From Escherichia coli (GTDB taxonomy: Bacteria; Pseudomonadota; Gammaproteobacteria; Enterobacterales; Enterobacteriaceae), in assembly GCF_030013205.1 (NCBI RefSeq), contig NZ_CP122648.1: a stretch of DNA of 64,000 nt, one strand, 5' to 3'. The position numbers and the translations under genes were made by a program. Within the stretch, counting starts at the first letter, position 1, and each line of letters opens with the position of its first letter. This document shows positions 43,269 through 58,199 of the stretch, piece after piece. The notes under the pieces are model-generated. The model did not search any database, was not told the origin of the DNA, and saw nothing but the letters and a program-made list of their open reading frames with translations.

Positions 43269-43488
43269 TACGTCGCAGGGAAGCTGTACCTGATGGAATG
43301 ATCATCATGGTGCACGGCAGGTTTGTTGCACTATCGTAGTGCATTGAAATGCATACTTAAGCATTTTTAATGAAAAATAATACGTCTAACGGGGCGGGAT
43401 ATTTTGCCTTGATGGTCAATTTTATGGCACGATAAGTGTAACAAACCTGTAAATATTCCCTATAAAAAGACTGTCAGTTGAGGACATT

Positions 43489-44271
43489 ATGAAAAAACTG
43501 GTGCTATCGCTCTCTCTGGTTCTGGCCTTCTCCAGCGCAACTGTGGCGTTTGCTGCGATTCCGCAAAACATCCGCATCGGTACCGATCCGACCTATGCGC
43601 CATTTGAATCAAAAAATTCACAAGGTGAACTGGTTGGCTTCGATATCGATCTGGCAAAGGAGTTGTGCAAACGCATCAATACGCAATGTACGTTTGTCGA
43701 AAACCCACTGGATGCGTTAATCCCGTCCTTAAAAGCGAAGAAGATTGACGCCATCATGTCATCGTTTTCCATTACGGAAAAACGTCAGCAAGAAATAGCA
43801 TTCACCGACAAACTATACGCAGCCGATTCTCGTCTGGTGGTGGCGAAAAATTCCGACATTCAGCCGACAGTCGAATCGCTGAAAGGCAAACGGGTAGGCG
43901 TATTGCAGGGCACCACCCAGGAGACGTTCGGTAACGAACACTGGGCACCAAAAGGCATTGAAATCGTTTCTTATCAGGGGCAGGACAATATTTATTCTGA
44001 CCTGACTGCCGGACGTATTGATGCCGCGTTCCAGGATGAGGTCGCAGCCAGCGAAGGTTTCCTCAAACAACCCGTCGGTAAAGATTACAAATTCGGTGGT
44101 CCGTCTGTTAAAGATGAAAAACTGTTTGGCGTAGGGACCGGCATGGGCCTGCGTAAAGAAGATAACGAACTGCGCGAGGCACTGAACAAAGCCTTTGCCG
44201 AAATGCGCGCTGACGGTACTTACGAGAAATTAGCGAAAAAGTACTTCGATTTTGATGTTTATGGTGGTTAA
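43489..44271 (+). CDS. hisJ: Histidine periplasmic binding protein
   Basis: 260 aa, signal peptide, highly similar to argT. Confidence 0.9.
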   Translation: MKKLVLSLSLVLAFSSATVAFAAIPQNIRIGTDPTYAPFESKNSQGELVGFDIDLAKELCKRINTQCTFVENPLDALIPSLKAKKIDAIMSSFSITEKRQQEIAFTDKLYAADSRLVVAKNSDIQPTVESLKGKRVGVLQGTTQETFGNEHWAPKGIEIVSYQGQDNIYSDLTAGRIDAAFQDEVAASEGFLKQPVGKDYKFGGPSVKDEKLFGVGTGMGLRKEDNELREALNKAFAEMRADGTYEKLAKKYFDFDVYGG

Positions 44272-44360
44272 TCGCCATCGGTGAAAGAAAGTCCGCTCCC
44301 TTCGGGTAACCGGAGGGAGACAAGAGGCGGTAATTCACCACACACGACAGGACAGGCAGC

Positions 44361-45047
44361 ATGTTGTATGGGTTTTCAGGTGTTATTTTACAGGGTGCGC
44401 TCGTCACGCTGGAGCTGGCTATCAGCTCTGTAGTGCTCGCTGTAATCATCGGTTTAATTGGCGCTGGCGGTAAGCTCTCGCAAAATCGGCTTTCGGGGCT
44501 GATTTTCGAAGGGTACACCACGCTGATTCGAGGCGTGCCGGACTTGGTGTTGATGCTGCTAATTTTCTACGGTTTGCAGATTGCACTAAACACGGTGACG
44601 GAGGCGATGGGCGTCGGGCAGATTGATATCGATCCGATGGTCGCTGGTATTATTACTCTCGGTTTTATCTACGGTGCTTATTTTACCGAAACGTTCCGTG
44701 GCGCTTTTATGGCAGTGCCGAAAGGACATATAGAGGCGGCGACGGCGTTCGGTTTCACTCGTGGGCAAGTGTTTCGGCGGATCATGTTTCCGGCGATGAT
44801 GCGTTACGCCCTGCCAGGCATTGGCAACAACTGGCAGGTGATCCTCAAATCTACCGCTCTGGTTTCGTTACTTGGCCTGGAAGATGTGGTCAAAGCCACG
44901 CAGCTGGCAGGCAAAAGTACCTGGGAACCGTTCTATTTCGCCATCGTCTGTGGCGTGATTTACCTGGTTTTCACCACTGTTTCCAATGGTGTGCTGCTGG
45001 TCCTTGAGCGCCGCTACTCCGTGGGTGTGAAGAGGGCTGACCTGTGA
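44361..45047 (+). CDS. hisQ: Histidine ABC transporter permease
   Basis: 228-aa membrane protein. Confidence 0.9.
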   Translation: MLYGFSGVILQGALVTLELAISSVVLAVIIGLIGAGGKLSQNRLSGLIFEGYTTLIRGVPDLVLMLLIFYGLQIALNTVTEAMGVGQIDIDPMVAGIITLGFIYGAYFTETFRGAFMAVPKGHIEAATAFGFTRGQVFRRIMFPAMMRYALPGIGNNWQVILKSTALVSLLGLEDVVKATQLAGKSTWEPFYFAIVCGVIYLVFTTVSNGVLLVLERRYSVGVKRADL

Positions 45048-45760
45048 TCGAAATCTTACATGAATACTGGAAACCGTTGTTGTGGACCGACGGTTATCGC
45101 TTTACTGGCGTGGCGATCACCCTGTGGCTGCTGATTTTGTCGGTAGTGATAGGCGGAGTTCTGGCGCTGTTTCTGGCGATTGGTCGTGTCTCCAGTAATA
45201 AATACATCCAGTTTCCAATCTGGTTATTTACCTATATTTTTCGCGGTACGCCGCTGTATGTTCAGTTGCTGGTGTTCTATTCCGGCATGTATACGCTGGA
45301 GATTGTTAAGGGGACCGAGTTTCTTAACGCCTTTTTTCGCAGTGGCCTGAACTGTACCGTGCTGGCGCTGACGCTTAACACCTGTGCTTACACCACCGAG
45401 ATTTTTGCCGGAGCGATCCGTTCAGTGCCGCATGGGGAAATCGAAGCCGCCAGAGCCTATGGCTTCTCGACCTTTAAAATGTATCGCTGCATTATTTTGC
45501 CATCGGCGCTGCGTATTGCGTTACCGGCCTACAGCAACGAAGTGATCCTGATGCTGCACTCTACTGCGCTGGCTTTCACCGCTACTGTGCCGGATCTGCT
45601 GAAAATAGCCCGCGATATTAACGCCGCCACGTATCAACCTTTTACCGCCTTCGGCATTGCCGCGGTGCTCTATTTAATCATCTCTTATGTCCTGATCAGC
45701 CTCTTTCGCAGAGCGGAAAAACGCTGGTTGCAGCATGTGAAACCTTCTTCAACGCACTGA
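45044..45760 (+). CDS. hisM: Histidine ABC transporter permease
   Basis: 238-aa membrane protein; overlapping start. Confidence 0.9.
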   Translation: MIEILHEYWKPLLWTDGYRFTGVAITLWLLILSVVIGGVLALFLAIGRVSSNKYIQFPIWLFTYIFRGTPLYVQLLVFYSGMYTLEIVKGTEFLNAFFRSGLNCTVLALTLNTCAYTTEIFAGAIRSVPHGEIEAARAYGFSTFKMYRCIILPSALRIALPAYSNEVILMLHSTALAFTATVPDLLKIARDINAATYQPFTAFGIAAVLYLIISYVLISLFRRAEKRWLQHVKPSSTH

Positions 45761-45767
45761 GAATACG

Positions 45768-46541
45768 ATGTCCGAGAATAAATTAAACGTTATCGATTTG
45801 CACAAACGCTACGGCGAACACGAAGTGCTGAAAGGGGTCTCACTGCAAGCGAATGCCGGAGATGTCATAAGCATCATCGGATCGTCGGGATCGGGGAAAA
45901 GTACCTTTCTGCGCTGCATTAACTTCCTCGAAAAACCGAGCGAAGGATCGATCGTGGTTAACGGCCAGACGATCAATCTGGTGCGCGACAAAGACGGTCA
46001 ACTCAAAGTCGCCGATAAAAATCAGCTGCGCTTACTGCGCACACGCCTGACGATGGTATTCCAGCACTTCAATCTCTGGAGCCATATGACGGTGCTGGAA
46101 AACGTCATGGAAGCGCCGATTCAGGTGTTGGGCCTGAGCAAGCAGGAAGCGCGCGAGCGGGCGGTGAAGTATCTGGCGAAAGTCGGGATAGACGAACGTG
46201 CGCAGGGGAAATACCCGGTGCACCTGTCCGGTGGTCAGCAACAGCGTGTTTCTATCGCGCGGGCGCTGGCGATGGAACCGGAAGTTTTACTGTTTGATGA
46301 ACCTACCTCGGCGCTCGATCCTGAACTGGTAGGCGAAGTGTTACGTATTATGCAGCAATTGGCAGAAGAGGGGAAAACCATGGTGGTAGTGACTCACGAA
46401 ATGGGCTTTGCTCGCCATGTTTCTACTCACGTCATTTTCCTCCATCAGGGGAAAATAGAAGAAGAGGGCGCGCCAGAACAGTTATTTGGTAACCCGCAAA
46501 GCCCTCGTCTGCAACAGTTCCTTAAGGGATCGCTGAAATAA
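45768..46541 (+). CDS. hisP: Histidine ABC transporter ATP-binding protein
   Basis: Walker [13 protein letters not shown] signature LSGGQQQR, Walker [12 protein letters not shown]. Confidence 0.95.
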   Translation: MSENKLNVIDLHKRYGEHEVLKGVSLQANAGDVISIIGSSGSGKSTFLRCINFLEKPSEGSIVVNGQTINLVRDKDGQLKVADKNQLRLLRTRLTMVFQHFNLWSHMTVLENVMEAPIQVLGLSKQEARERAVKYLAKVGIDERAQGKYPVHLSGGQQQRVSIARALAMEPEVLLFDEPTSALDPELVGEVLRIMQQLAEEGKTMVVVTHEMGFARHVSTHVIFLHQGKIEEEGAPEQLFGNPQSPRLQQFLKGSLK

Positions 46542-46737
46542 TTCCCCCTCCGGTGGCTAACGCTACCGGAGTATTTTCAAGGGGAATTTGCGAGTCCGCT
46601 TCCGCTGAAATGTAAAAGTTGCAGTCCGCTAAAAATAGTTCTGAATTCGCTGTCCAAAGATAAAAACTGCCTGCTGCATTGGGTGTAAATCGTGGTTATT
46701 GTCGCGTCATCTTAAATTTGAGGGGTGACGGAACGCC

Positions 46738-47640
46738 ATGACAATATCGACAACTTCCACGCCGCATGATGCGGTATTTAAATCTTTTTTACGCCATCCA
46801 GACACCGCGCGGGATTTTATTGATATTCATCTTCCCGCGCCGCTGCGCAAACTGTGTGATTTAACAACACTTAAACTGGAACCAAACAGTTTTATTGATG
46901 AAGACCTGCGGCAATATTATTCCGACCTCTTGTGGTCTGTGAAAACGCAGGAGGGAGCGGGTTATATTTATGTGGTGATAGAGCACCAAAGTAAGCCAGA
47001 GGAATTAATGGCTTTTCGCATGATGCGCTATTCCATTGCGGCGATGCAAAACCATCTTGATGCGGGCTATAAAGAGCTTCCATTAGTGATCCCGATGCTG
47101 TTTTATCATGGTTGCAGAAGTCCTTATCCATATTCACTCTGCTGGCTTGATGAATTTGCCGAGCCTGCGATTGCCCGCCAAATTTATTCATCGGCTTTTC
47201 CGCTGGTGGATATTACCGTGGTGCCGGATGACGAGATTATGCAACATCGCAAAATGGCGCTGTTGGAGTTAATTCAGAAACATATTCGTCAGCGCGATCT
47301 GTTGGGATTAGTCGACCAAATTGTTTCGCTGCTAGTTACAGGGAACACTAATGACAGACAGCTAAAAGCCCTGTTTAATTACGTATTACAAACGGGGGAT
47401 GCCCAGCGTTTCCGTGCATTTATTGGTGAGATAGCGGAACGCGCACCACAAGAAAAGGAGAAACTGATGACTATTGCTGACAGATTACGTGAAGAAGGGC
47501 GGAATGATGGATTAATTCTTGGCAAACGCGAAGAAGCCCTGCGTATTGCTCAGGAGATGCTGGATAGAGGTTTAGACCGAGAGTTAGTTCTGATGGTGAC
47601 CCGACTTTCACCAGACGATCTTATCGCGCAAAGCCACTAA
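46738..47640 (+). CDS. rpnB: Recombination-promoting nuclease RpnB (transposase_31 / PD-(D/E)XK-like; YfcI)
   Basis: 300 aa with the Rpn-family N-terminus (DAVFKSFL...YSDLLW). Confidence 0.75.
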   Translation: MTISTTSTPHDAVFKSFLRHPDTARDFIDIHLPAPLRKLCDLTTLKLEPNSFIDEDLRQYYSDLLWSVKTQEGAGYIYVVIEHQSKPEELMAFRMMRYSIAAMQNHLDAGYKELPLVIPMLFYHGCRSPYPYSLCWLDEFAEPAIARQIYSSAFPLVDITVVPDDEIMQHRKMALLELIQKHIRQRDLLGLVDQIVSLLVTGNTNDRQLKALFNYVLQTGDAQRFRAFIGEIAERAPQEKEKLMTIADRLREEGRNDGLILGKREEALRIAQEMLDRGLDRELVLMVTRLSPDDLIAQSH

Positions 47641-47687
47641 CCCTGTAACACCGGGAGTTAACTGGCGGATGTTTGCAGTAAACCACA

Positions 47688-48581
47688 TCAGCGAACGACA
47701 TCCGCCAGCGCCTCTTCTAAATCGTACCAACGAAACGCAAAACCCGCTTCTTCCAGCCGTTTAGGCAGCGCGCGTTGTCCACCTAATACCAGTACTGAAG
47801 ATTCGCCCATTAACAGCCGAATGGCGGTTGCGGGGACGCGCAAAATAGCCGGGCGATGCAGCGCATGACCGAGCGCATGGGCAAATTGTTCATTGCGTAT
47901 CGGGTAGGGCGAAACCATATTAAATGGCCCGCGCAGCTCGTTATCCAGCAGCCAGAGAATGCCGTTGACCATATCATCGATATGAATCCAGGCCAGATAC
48001 TGCCGACCGGAACCAATCGGCCCGCCTAGGCCAAGACGAAACGGCGGCAGCATTTTACCGAGAATACCGCCATCCGGTGCCAGCACTACGCCGGTACGCA
48101 GCAGGCACACTCGCGTTTTGTCACTTTGTGCCCGACAGGCAATTTCTTCCCAGCGGGCGCAGAGTTTATGGGTAAATTCGTTATGCGGCGGTTCCTCTTC
48201 GGTAACCACCACTTCACCTAAGTCGCCATAAAAGCCCGTTGCCGAGCCGGAAATGAGTACCGACGGTGGCGTGTCGCTGGCATTAATCAAATCGACCAGT
48301 TTTTGCGTGATATTCCAGCGGCTTTGGCAGAGACGCTCTTTTTGCTCGTGAGTCCAGCGTTTATCAGCAATCGGTTCTCCGGCCAGGTTGATTACCGCAT
48401 CAACGCCGTTGAGGTTGCTTTGTTCGGCAAGCCCTTGCCATAGTGTCACCCGAGGGCCGAGAACAGAACTGGCTTTCTGCGGGTTACGCGTCATTACCGT
48501 GATTTGATGGCCCAGCTCCAGCAAACGTGGAATCAAATGGCGACCAATTAATCCCGTCCCTCCGGTGATCACTATCTTCAT
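47688..48581 (-). CDS. yfcH: Epimerase-family NAD-binding protein
   Basis: 297 aa, Rossmann motif ITGGTGLIG. Confidence 0.85.
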   Translation of the reverse strand: MKIVITGGTGLIGRHLIPRLLELGHQITVMTRNPQKASSVLGPRVTLWQGLAEQSNLNGVDAVINLAGEPIADKRWTHEQKERLCQSRWNITQKLVDLINASDTPPSVLISGSATGFYGDLGEVVVTEEEPPHNEFTHKLCARWEEIACRAQSDKTRVCLLRTGVVLAPDGGILGKMLPPFRLGLGGPIGSGRQYLAWIHIDDMVNGILWLLDNELRGPFNMVSPYPIRNEQFAHALGHALHRPAILRVPATAIRLLMGESSVLVLGGQRALPKRLEEAGFAFRWYDLEEALADVVR

Positions 48582-48601
48582 GCAGCCTCCCGATATGGCG
48601 G

Positions 48602-48964
48602 TTAACGCTGCCAGCTTAAGGTCATGGATACCGAATCAGCGTAGCGCAGCGCGTGCAGTTTATCGATCTCCACTTCAGCATACGTCACCCAGTGATGTTC
48701 ACGTGCGATATCGAGCACATCCTGAGTTAATTTTTCCAGCAAAGAGAAACGGTTATTCTCTACATGCTGAATAATGTTTTTCGTTACGGTGCGATAATTC
48801 AGCGCATCGTTGATATCTTCGCTGGTGCGCGCTTTATCGGCGGGATAGTGGATAGTCACATTGATAACAATATCCTGACGGTTGTTAATTTCTTCTTCCT
48901 TAATTCCGATAAACGTACGTAAACGAAGGTTCTTTATACGAATAATAGCGGCAGGTTGTGCCAT
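48602..48964 (-). CDS. folX: Dihydroneopterin triphosphate 2'-epimerase
   Basis: 120 aa, FolB/FolX fold. Confidence 0.85.
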
Positions 48965-49020
48965 TGCAGGTTCTCCGTTGTTTTTCTTAGGATGAAATAA
49001 TACACGAGAACCTGTTTCTG

Positions 49021-50497
<1,477 letters not shown>

Positions 50498-50500
50498 TGA

Positions 50501-51055
50501 GTGATGAAACTGATGTTTGCATCGGACATTCATGGGTCGTTACCGGCGACGGAACGTGTTCTGGAGTTGTTTGCCCAAAGCGGTGCCCAGTGGCTGGTGA
50601 TCCTTGGCGACGTGTTGAATCACGGCCCGCGTAATGCTTTACCGGAGGGTTACGCGCCAGCCAAAGTCGCTGAACGGCTTAATGAAGTGGCACATAAGGT
50701 TATCGCTGTGCGCGGCAACTGCGACAGCGAAGTGGATCAAATGCTTTTGCATTTCCCGATAACCGCGCCGTGGCAACAGGTATTACTGGAAAAACAACGT
50801 CTGTTTTTGACGCATGGTCATCTGTTTGGGCCGGAAAATCTGCCTGCTTTAAACCAGAACGATGTGCTGGTGTACGGTCATACCCATCTGCCAGTGGCAG
50901 AACAGCGGGGGGAGATTTTCCACTTTAACCCCGGCTCGGTGAGTATTCCGAAAGGCGGTAATCCGGCGAGTTATGGCATGCTGGATAATGACGTACTTAG
51001 TGTAATCGCACTCAATGATCAAAGTATCATTGCGCAGGTCGCGATTAATCCGTAA
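50501..51055 (+). CDS. yfcE: Metallophosphoesterase (phosphodiesterase)
   Basis: 184 aa with calcineurin-like motifs (DIHG, GDVLNHG, GNCD, GHTH). Confidence 0.85.
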   Translation: MMKLMFASDIHGSLPATERVLELFAQSGAQWLVILGDVLNHGPRNALPEGYAPAKVAERLNEVAHKVIAVRGNCDSEVDQMLLHFPITAPWQQVLLEKQRLFLTHGHLFGPENLPALNQNDVLVYGHTHLPVAEQRGEIFHFNPGSVSIPKGGNPASYGMLDNDVLSVIALNDQSIIAQVAINP

Positions 51056-51112
51056 TTTACCCACAACTCAAAATGCGCCGTAAGAGCGCCAGAAAAAGAA
51101 GGTTTCCTGATA

Positions 51113-51655
51113 ATGGAACAGCGTCGTTTGGCAAGTACTGAATGGGTGGATATTGTCAATGAAGAGAACGAAGTCATTGCACAAGCCAGCCGGGAACAAA
51201 TGCGGGCACAGTGTCTGCGTCATCGTGCAACTTACATCGTCGTGCATGATGGCATGGGCAAAATTCTGGTCCAGCGTCGTACCGAGACAAAAGACTTTTT
51301 ACCCGGCATGTTAGATGCGACCGCAGGCGGTGTAGTCCAGGCCGATGAGCAACTGCTGGAATCCGCGCGTCGCGAAGCGGAAGAAGAGTTGGGCATTGCC
51401 GGTGTCCCCTTTGCCGAGCACGGGCAGTTCTATTTCGAAGATAAAAATTGCCGTGTCTGGGGCGCGTTGTTCAGTTGCGTCTCTCACGGTCCCTTCGCCC
51501 TACAGGAAGATGAAGTCAGTGAAGTTTGCTGGCTGACACCGGAAGAAATCACCGCACGCTGCGATGAGTTCACTCCAGACTCGCTGAAAGCGCTGGCGTT
51601 GTGGATGAAGCGCAATGCCAAAAATGAAGCCGTAGAGACTGAAACGGCAGAATGA
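51113..51655 (+). CDS. yfcD: Nudix hydrolase
   Basis: 180 aa with Nudix box (GGx5Ex7REAEEELGI). Confidence 0.85.
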
Positions 51656-51680
51656 AAAAAGAGCCGCAATTGCGGCTCTT
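51655..51680. terminator. Bidirectional intrinsic terminator between yfcD and yfcC
   Basis: aaaaagagccgcaattgcggctctt hairpin flanked by A/T tracts. Confidence 0.6.
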
Positions 51681-51687
51681 AACATTT

Positions 51688-53208
51688 TTAGTGGTAGCCC
51701 ATCAACTGAGCGCCGATCACCACGACGCTGGACATAATAAACAGCAGTCCAAGCAGTGTCGAGCCCACCTTCAGCCAGTTACGGAAGTCCACCCGGCAAA
51801 CACCTAGCGTTGCCATTAACGAAGCTGAGGTCGGGTAAATGATGTGGCTGAAGCCATCACCAAACTGGAACGCCAGCACGGTAACCTGACGGTTAACACC
51901 GACCAGATCGCCAAGCGGTGCCAGTAACGGCATGGTTAACGCCGCCTGACCAGAACCGGACGTCACGAAGAAATTAAATACCGCCTGGAAGAGCAACATA
52001 AACCAGGCCGCGACCGCGTTATCCAGACCGCTAATGGCATTGGCAATGCTGTTGAGGATGGTATTTAACACGCTGGCATCACCCGCTTCACCATTACCGA
52101 CCAGCAGCAAAATCCCTTTGGCGAAACCTACCAGCAGGGCAGGGGCGATCATCATTCGCGCCCCTTCGGTGAAGGATGAAGCCATGGTATTAACCGTCAT
52201 GCCGTTAAGGCGGAAAACAACGCCGATGATGCCAATCACCAGACCCATGGTGAAGAACTGGCTGGCAATTTCTGGAATAAACCAGGCATTAACGATCACG
52301 CCCCAAATCACCCAGACCATTACGGCGGTCAGGACAATCAATACCAGCCAGTCACCAAAGGTAAACGGACGTTGTTCAACATCCGCCTGCTTTTCACGAA
52401 AGAAGCGGTCGGACTCATGCACGCGTGACAGAAGAGGATTCTTTTTCACTCGTGAGGCGTACACCATGGTAAAGATCAGGCCAATCAGAGTGGCGATAAC
52501 CCACACCACGATGCGCAACCCGGAGCCAGAAAGCACCGGAACGCCGGCAATCCCCTGAGCAACAACCACACAAAACGGGTTCATCCACGAACTGGCAAAA
52601 CCGATTTGCGTGGCGATATAGGTCACCAGGACGGTGGTAATACTGTCATAGCCTAGCCGGACCATTAGCGGTGCGATGATAATGGCAAAGGCGACGGCCT
52701 CTTCTCCCATACCAAATACCGCGCCGCCAAGTGAAAACAGAATAAAGAGCGCAGGAATAAAGAGAATTTCATTTCCGCGGGTATGGCGAATAAGCGCCAG
52801 GATACCGTTATCAATGGTTCCTGTACGCATCACAATGCCAAACGCGCCGCCAATCACCAGCATAAACATGATGATGCCAACGGCTGTCCCGTATTTCGAT
52901 CCTGAGGTTAACCCTTCAAACGGGAAGTTCATCAGACCCGGGCGTTCATCGCCCGTCGTGAACAGCTGTACGCGGTGATACTCAGGTTCGCCTGCTTCGT
53001 TAGTCAGAATGCGAAAAGAGTGTGGATCTACGACTTTGCGAGTTTTTGTTTGACCATCAACCTGATACTGCACTTCCTGACTGTCAAACATCCCCACCGG
53101 AACTACCCAGGTGGCAAGACTGGTTAAAATGGCAACAAAAAAGATAATCACCAACGTATCGGGCATTGCCCATCTTCTGGTTGGTTTGGATTCAGTGATT
53201 GCGGACAT
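51688..53208 (-). CDS. yfcC: Inner membrane protein (YfcC family)
   Basis: About 506-aa polytopic membrane protein; start chosen at MSAITESKP. Confidence 0.8.
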   Translation of the reverse strand: MSAITESKPTRRWAMPDTLVIIFFVAILTSLATWVVPVGMFDSQEVQYQVDGQTKTRKVVDPHSFRILTNEAGEPEYHRVQLFTTGDERPGLMNFPFEGLTSGSKYGTAVGIIMFMLVIGGAFGIVMRTGTIDNGILALIRHTRGNEILFIPALFILFSLGGAVFGMGEEAVAFAIIIAPLMVRLGYDSITTVLVTYIATQIGFASSWMNPFCVVVAQGIAGVPVLSGSGLRIVVWVIATLIGLIFTMVYASRVKKNPLLSRVHESDRFFREKQADVEQRPFTFGDWLVLIVLTAVMVWVIWGVIVNAWFIPEIASQFFTMGLVIGIIGVVFRLNGMTVNTMASSFTEGARMMIAPALLVGFAKGILLLVGNGEAGDASVLNTILNSIANAISGLDNAVAAWFMLLFQAVFNFFVTSGSGQAALTMPLLAPLGDLVGVNRQVTVLAFQFGDGFSHIIYPTSASLMATLGVCRVDFRNWLKVGSTLLGLLFIMSSVVVIGAQLMGYH

Positions 53209-53397
53209 AGCGCAAATATTCCCTTGCACAAAACAAAGTGGTAAGTATGCAAAGTGAGATGGCGCAATTCATTGATGCAGCGCAGTTAAGCAAGATAATC
53301 AGAAAGGATTAATGCAAATTAAGAGAATAAAAAACCGGAAATAGTGACTATTTCCGGTTCAGATATCCGCAGCGCAAAGCTGCGGATGATGACGAGA

Positions 53398-55542
53398 TTA
53401 CTGCTGCTGTGCAGACTGAATCGCAGTCAGCGCGATGGTGTAGACGATATCGTCAACCAGTGCGCCACGGGACAGGTCGTTAACCGGTTTGCGCATACCT
53501 TGCAGCATCGGCCCGATGGAGATCAGGTCGGCAGAACGCTGTACCGCTTTGTAGGTGGTGTTACCGGTGTTCAGATCCGGGAAGATGAACACGGTAGCGC
53601 GACCTGCAACCGGAGAGTTCGGCGCTTTGGATTTCGCAACGTCAGCCATTACCGCAGCGTCGTACTGCAGCGGACCGTCGATCATCAGGTCAGGACGTTT
53701 TTCCTGCGCCAGACGAGTTGCTTCGCGAACTTTTTCTACGTCGCTACCAGCACCAGAAGTCCCGGTGGAGTAGGAGAGCATAGCAACGCGCGGTTCGATA
53801 CCGAAGGCCGCAGCGGAATCAGCGGACTGAATCGCGATTTCTGCCAGCTGTTCTGCGGTCGGATCCGGGTTGATCGCACAGTCACCGTAAACGTAAACCT
53901 GTTCCGGCAGCAGCATGAAGAACACGGAAGATACCAGGGAGCTGCCCGGTGCAGTTTTGATCAGCTGCAGCGGCGGACGGATGGTGTTTGCGGTGGTGTG
54001 AACAGCACCGGAAACCAGACCATCAACTTCATCCTGTTCCAGCATCAGCGTACCGAGAACCACGTTGTCTTCCAGCTGTTCGCGGGCAACGGTTTCGGTC
54101 ATGCCTTTGTTCTTACGCAGTTCGACCAGACGACCAACATAGCTTTCGCGAACCACTTCTGGATCAACGATTTCAATGCCTGCACCCAGTTCTACACCCT
54201 GAGACGCTGCAACACGGTTGATCTCTGCCGGATTACCCAGCAGTACGCAAGTTGCGATACCACGTTCAGCACAGATAGCGGCTGCTTTAACGGTACGCGG
54301 TTCGTCACCTTCCGGCAGAACGATACGTTTGCCCGCTTTGCGCGCAAGTTCAGTCAGCTGATAACGGAACGCTGGCGGAGACAGACGACGGCTGCGCTCA
54401 GAAGTGGCAGTCAGAGAATCGATCCAGTCAGCGTTGATGTAGTTAGCAACGTATTCCTGAACTTTCTCGATACGCTCGTGATCGTCAACCGGAACTTCCA
54501 GGTTGAAGCTCTGCAGGCTCAGAGAAGTCTGCCAGGTGTTGGTGTTCACCATAAATACCGGCAGGCCGGTAGCGAAAGCACGTTCGCACAGTTTAGAAAT
54601 GCGCGCGTCCATTTCGTAGCCGCCAGTCAGCAGCAGGGCACCGATTTCTACGCCGTTCATGGCAGCCAGGCAAGCGGCAACCAGCACGTCAGGACGGTCT
54701 GCGGAAGTCACCAGCAGAGAACCGGCACGGAAGTGCTCCAGCATGTGCGGAATGCTGCGTGCGCAGAAAGTGACGGATTTAACGCGGCGAGTATTGATGT
54801 CGCCTTCGTTGATGATGGTCGCATTCAGGTGGCGAGCCATATCGATCGCACGAGTCGCGATCAGGTCAAAGCTCCACGGAACCGCGCCGAGAACCGGCAG
54901 CGGGCTGGATTCTTGCAGCTTCGCCGGATCAACATTGTTTACTTTAGCTTTGGAAGAGTCGTCGAAAATCTCGGACAGATCCGGGCGAGTACGACCCTGT
55001 TCATCAACCGGTGCGTTCAGTTTGTTAACGATAACGCCGGTGATGTTGGTGTTTTTGGCACCGCCGAAGCTGTTGCGGGTCAGTTCGATACGCTCTTTCA
55101 GCTGTTCCGGGGTGTCAGTGCCCTGAGACATAACGAAGACGATTTCCGCATTCAGCGTTTTAGCGATTTCGTAGTTCAGAGACTGGGCAAACTGGTGCTT
55201 ACGTGTCGGGACCAGACCTTCAACCAGAACGACTTCAGCGTCTTTGGTGTTAGCGTGGTAGTTTGCGACGATCTCTTCCATCAGCACATCTTTCTGATTG
55301 CTGGAAAGCAGACCTTCAACGTAGCTCATTTTCAGCGGTTCAGCGGCCGTCGTGGTGGAAGAGTTCGCACGCACGATAGTGGTAGTCTGATCGGGCGCAT
55401 CGCCACCGGTACGCGGCTGAGCGATAGGTTTGAAAACGCTCAGACGAACGCCTTTGCGTTCCATTGCACGGATCACGCCAAGGCTGACGCTGGTCAGACC
55501 GACGCTGGTTCCGGTAGGGATCAGCATAATAATACGGGACAC
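53398..55542 (-). CDS. pta: Phosphate acetyltransferase
   Basis: 714 aa ([32 protein letters not shown]...); pta-ackA operon arrangement. Confidence 0.95.
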   Translation of the reverse strand: MSRIIMLIPTGTSVGLTSVSLGVIRAMERKGVRLSVFKPIAQPRTGGDAPDQTTTIVRANSSTTTAAEPLKMSYVEGLLSSNQKDVLMEEIVANYHANTKDAEVVLVEGLVPTRKHQFAQSLNYEIAKTLNAEIVFVMSQGTDTPEQLKERIELTRNSFGGAKNTNITGVIVNKLNAPVDEQGRTRPDLSEIFDDSSKAKVNNVDPAKLQESSPLPVLGAVPWSFDLIATRAIDMARHLNATIINEGDINTRRVKSVTFCARSIPHMLEHFRAGSLLVTSADRPDVLVAACLAAMNGVEIGALLLTGGYEMDARISKLCERAFATGLPVFMVNTNTWQTSLSLQSFNLEVPVDDHERIEKVQEYVANYINADWIDSLTATSERSRRLSPPAFRYQLTELARKAGKRIVLPEGDEPRTVKAAAICAERGIATCVLLGNPAEINRVAASQGVELGAGIEIVDPEVVRESYVGRLVELRKNKGMTETVAREQLEDNVVLGTLMLEQDEVDGLVSGAVHTTANTIRPPLQLIKTAPGSSLVSSVFFMLLPEQVYVYGDCAINPDPTAEQLAEIAIQSADSAAAFGIEPRVAMLSYSTGTSGAGSDVEKVREATRLAQEKRPDLMIDGPLQYDAAVMADVAKSKAPNSPVAGRATVFIFPDLNTGNTTYKAVQRSADLISIGPMLQGMRKPVNDLSRGALVDDIVYTIALTAIQSAQQQ

Positions 55543-55588
55543 GGTTTATCCTCTTTCGTTACCGCCGATTTGGCGGGTTACAAAACAG

Positions 55589-55610
55589 CACCGCCAGCTG
55601 AGCTGGCGGT
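55589..55610 (-). terminator. Hairpin between ackA and pta
   Basis: caccgccagctgagctggcggtg palindrome just after the ackA stop. Confidence 0.4.
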
Positions 55611-55616
55611 GTGAAA

Positions 55617-56819
55617 TCAGGCAGTCAGGCGGCTCGCGTCTTGCGCGATAACCAGTTCTTCGTTGGTTGGGATAACCACCGCAGGACGGGTACCTTCTTT
55701 GTTGATGAAACCAGATTTGCCGAAACGTGCAGCCAGGTTGCGTTCATGATCAACTTCAAAGCCCAGCACGCCCAGTTTGCCCAGAGACAGCTCACGAACC
55801 ATCGCGGCATTTTCACCGATACCACCGGTGAATACAACAGCGTCCAGACGACCATCCATCAGCGCAGTGTAGGCACCGATGTATTTCGCCAGGCGGTGGC
55901 AGTAAACGTCCATTGCGCGCTTCGCGTCTTCTTTCGTCGCGTAGTTGTCTTCAACATAGCGGCAGTCGCTGGTCACTTCGGTCAGACCCAGCAGGCCAGA
56001 CTCTTTGGTCAGCAGTTTGTTGATTGCGTCAACGCTCATGCCCAGGGTGTCGTGCAGGTGGAAGATGATCGCCGGATCGATATCACCAGAACGGGTACCC
56101 ATGACCAGACCTTCCAGCGGGGTCAGGCCCATAGAGGTGTCAACGCATTTACCGTTGCGGATAGCAGAAACGGAACCACCGTTGCCCAGGTGGCAGGTGA
56201 TGATGTTCAGTTCTTCTACCGGTTTGTTCAGCATTTTTGCCGCTTCCTGGGTTACATAGAAGTGGCTGGTGCCGTGCGCGCCGTAACGACGGATGCCGTG
56301 CTCTTTGTACAGGTTGTACGGCAGGGCGTAGAGGTAAGACTCTTCCGGCATAGTCTGGTGGAACGCGGTGTCAAATACAGCAACGTTTTTGTCTTTCAGC
56401 TGTGGGAAAGATTTCAGAGCTTCTTCGATACCGATCAGGTGAGCCGGGTTGTGCAGCGGTGCAAAAGAAGCTGCATCTTTGATACCCTGAATAACAGACT
56501 CATCGATCACTACGGAGCTGGTATACTTTTCACCGCCGTGTACGATACGGTGACCGATAGCAGTCAGCTGCGCAGACAGTTCTGGTTTTTGTGCCAGAAT
56601 AGTATTAACGATAAAGTTGAGCGCTTCGCTGTGAGCGGCGCCTGCACCTAAAGCCGATTCCTGTTTATTGCCGTCCATTTTCCATTTGATACGTGCTTCG
56701 GGCAGGTGGAAACATTCGGCTAAACCAGAAAGGTACTCTTCACCATTTACTGCATCGATGATTGCAAATTTCAGTGAAGAACTACCGCAGTTCAGAACCA
56801 GTACTAACTTACTCGACAT
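55617..56819 (-). CDS. ackA: Acetate kinase
   Basis: 400 aa ([20 protein letters not shown]...). Confidence 0.95.
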   Translation of the reverse strand: MSSKLVLVLNCGSSSLKFAIIDAVNGEEYLSGLAECFHLPEARIKWKMDGNKQESALGAGAAHSEALNFIVNTILAQKPELSAQLTAIGHRIVHGGEKYTSSVVIDESVIQGIKDAASFAPLHNPAHLIGIEEALKSFPQLKDKNVAVFDTAFHQTMPEESYLYALPYNLYKEHGIRRYGAHGTSHFYVTQEAAKMLNKPVEELNIITCHLGNGGSVSAIRNGKCVDTSMGLTPLEGLVMGTRSGDIDPAIIFHLHDTLGMSVDAINKLLTKESGLLGLTEVTSDCRYVEDNYATKEDAKRAMDVYCHRLAKYIGAYTALMDGRLDAVVFTGGIGENAAMVRELSLGKLGVLGFEVDHERNLAARFGKSGFINKEGTRPAVVIPTNEELVIAQDASRLTA

Positions 56820-57156
56820 GGAAGTACCTATAATTGATACGTGGCTAAAAAAACGTCAGGGAGCCATAGAGCGTAGCGCATGATGACACCGACATTTATG
56901 ATTAACATCATGCACTGCAAATTTTTTTTGCATGATGGAAGAAATATCTTGAGTCTATGCCATTTTGCGTAATTTTCAGCCAATGGCATAATGTATATGA
57001 ATTTGACGACTCAATGAATATGTACTACTTAGGCCTTCAGGCTGCTAAAGGATACCTGATAGTGGGTATGGAAGACAAAATGTTTTGAACGTTGTCCCGC
57101 TGAGTTGTGAATTTGCACAAATTTTTGAATCTTTATATGTGAAGTTGAGGTGAAGC

Positions 57157-57612
57157 ATGTCAACGCCGGATAATCGTTCTGTTAATTTTTTTAGCTTGTT
57201 TCGCCGGGGACAGCATTACTCAAAGACGTGGCCGCTGGAAAAACGCCTTGCCCCGGTCTTTGTCGAAAATCGCGTTATCAAGATGACGCGTTATGCGATC
57301 CGTTTTATGCCGCCGATCGCCGTATTTACTCTCTGCTGGCAGATTGCCCTGGGCGGTCAGCTTGGGCCGGCAGTTGCCACTGCGCTGTTCGCCTTAAGTT
57401 TACCCATGCAGGGATTGTGGTGGCTGGGCAAGCGTTCTGTAACGCCATTACCCCCTGCTATCCTCAACTGGTTTTATGAAGTTCGCGGTAAATTGCAGGA
57501 GTCTGGACAGGTGTTGGCACCCGTTGAAGGCAAGCCTGATTACCAGGCATTAGCTGACACGCTTAAGCGCGCCTTCAAACAACTGGATAAAACTTTCCTT
57601 GATGATTTGTAA
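57157..57612 (+). CDS. yfbV: UPF0208 membrane protein
   Basis: 151 aa with two TM helices; divergent from ackA. Confidence 0.85.
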
Positions 57613-57616
57613 TTGA

Positions 57617-58189
<573 letters not shown>

Positions 58190-58199
58190 GGAGGCCCGC

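Noticed and set aside
53344-55614. 756-aa plus-strand ORF antisense to pta
   Set aside because: Shadow ORF of pta; low-complexity R/Q/T/V-rich translation.
55611-56651. 346-aa plus-strand ORF antisense to ackA
   Set aside because: Shadow ORF of ackA.
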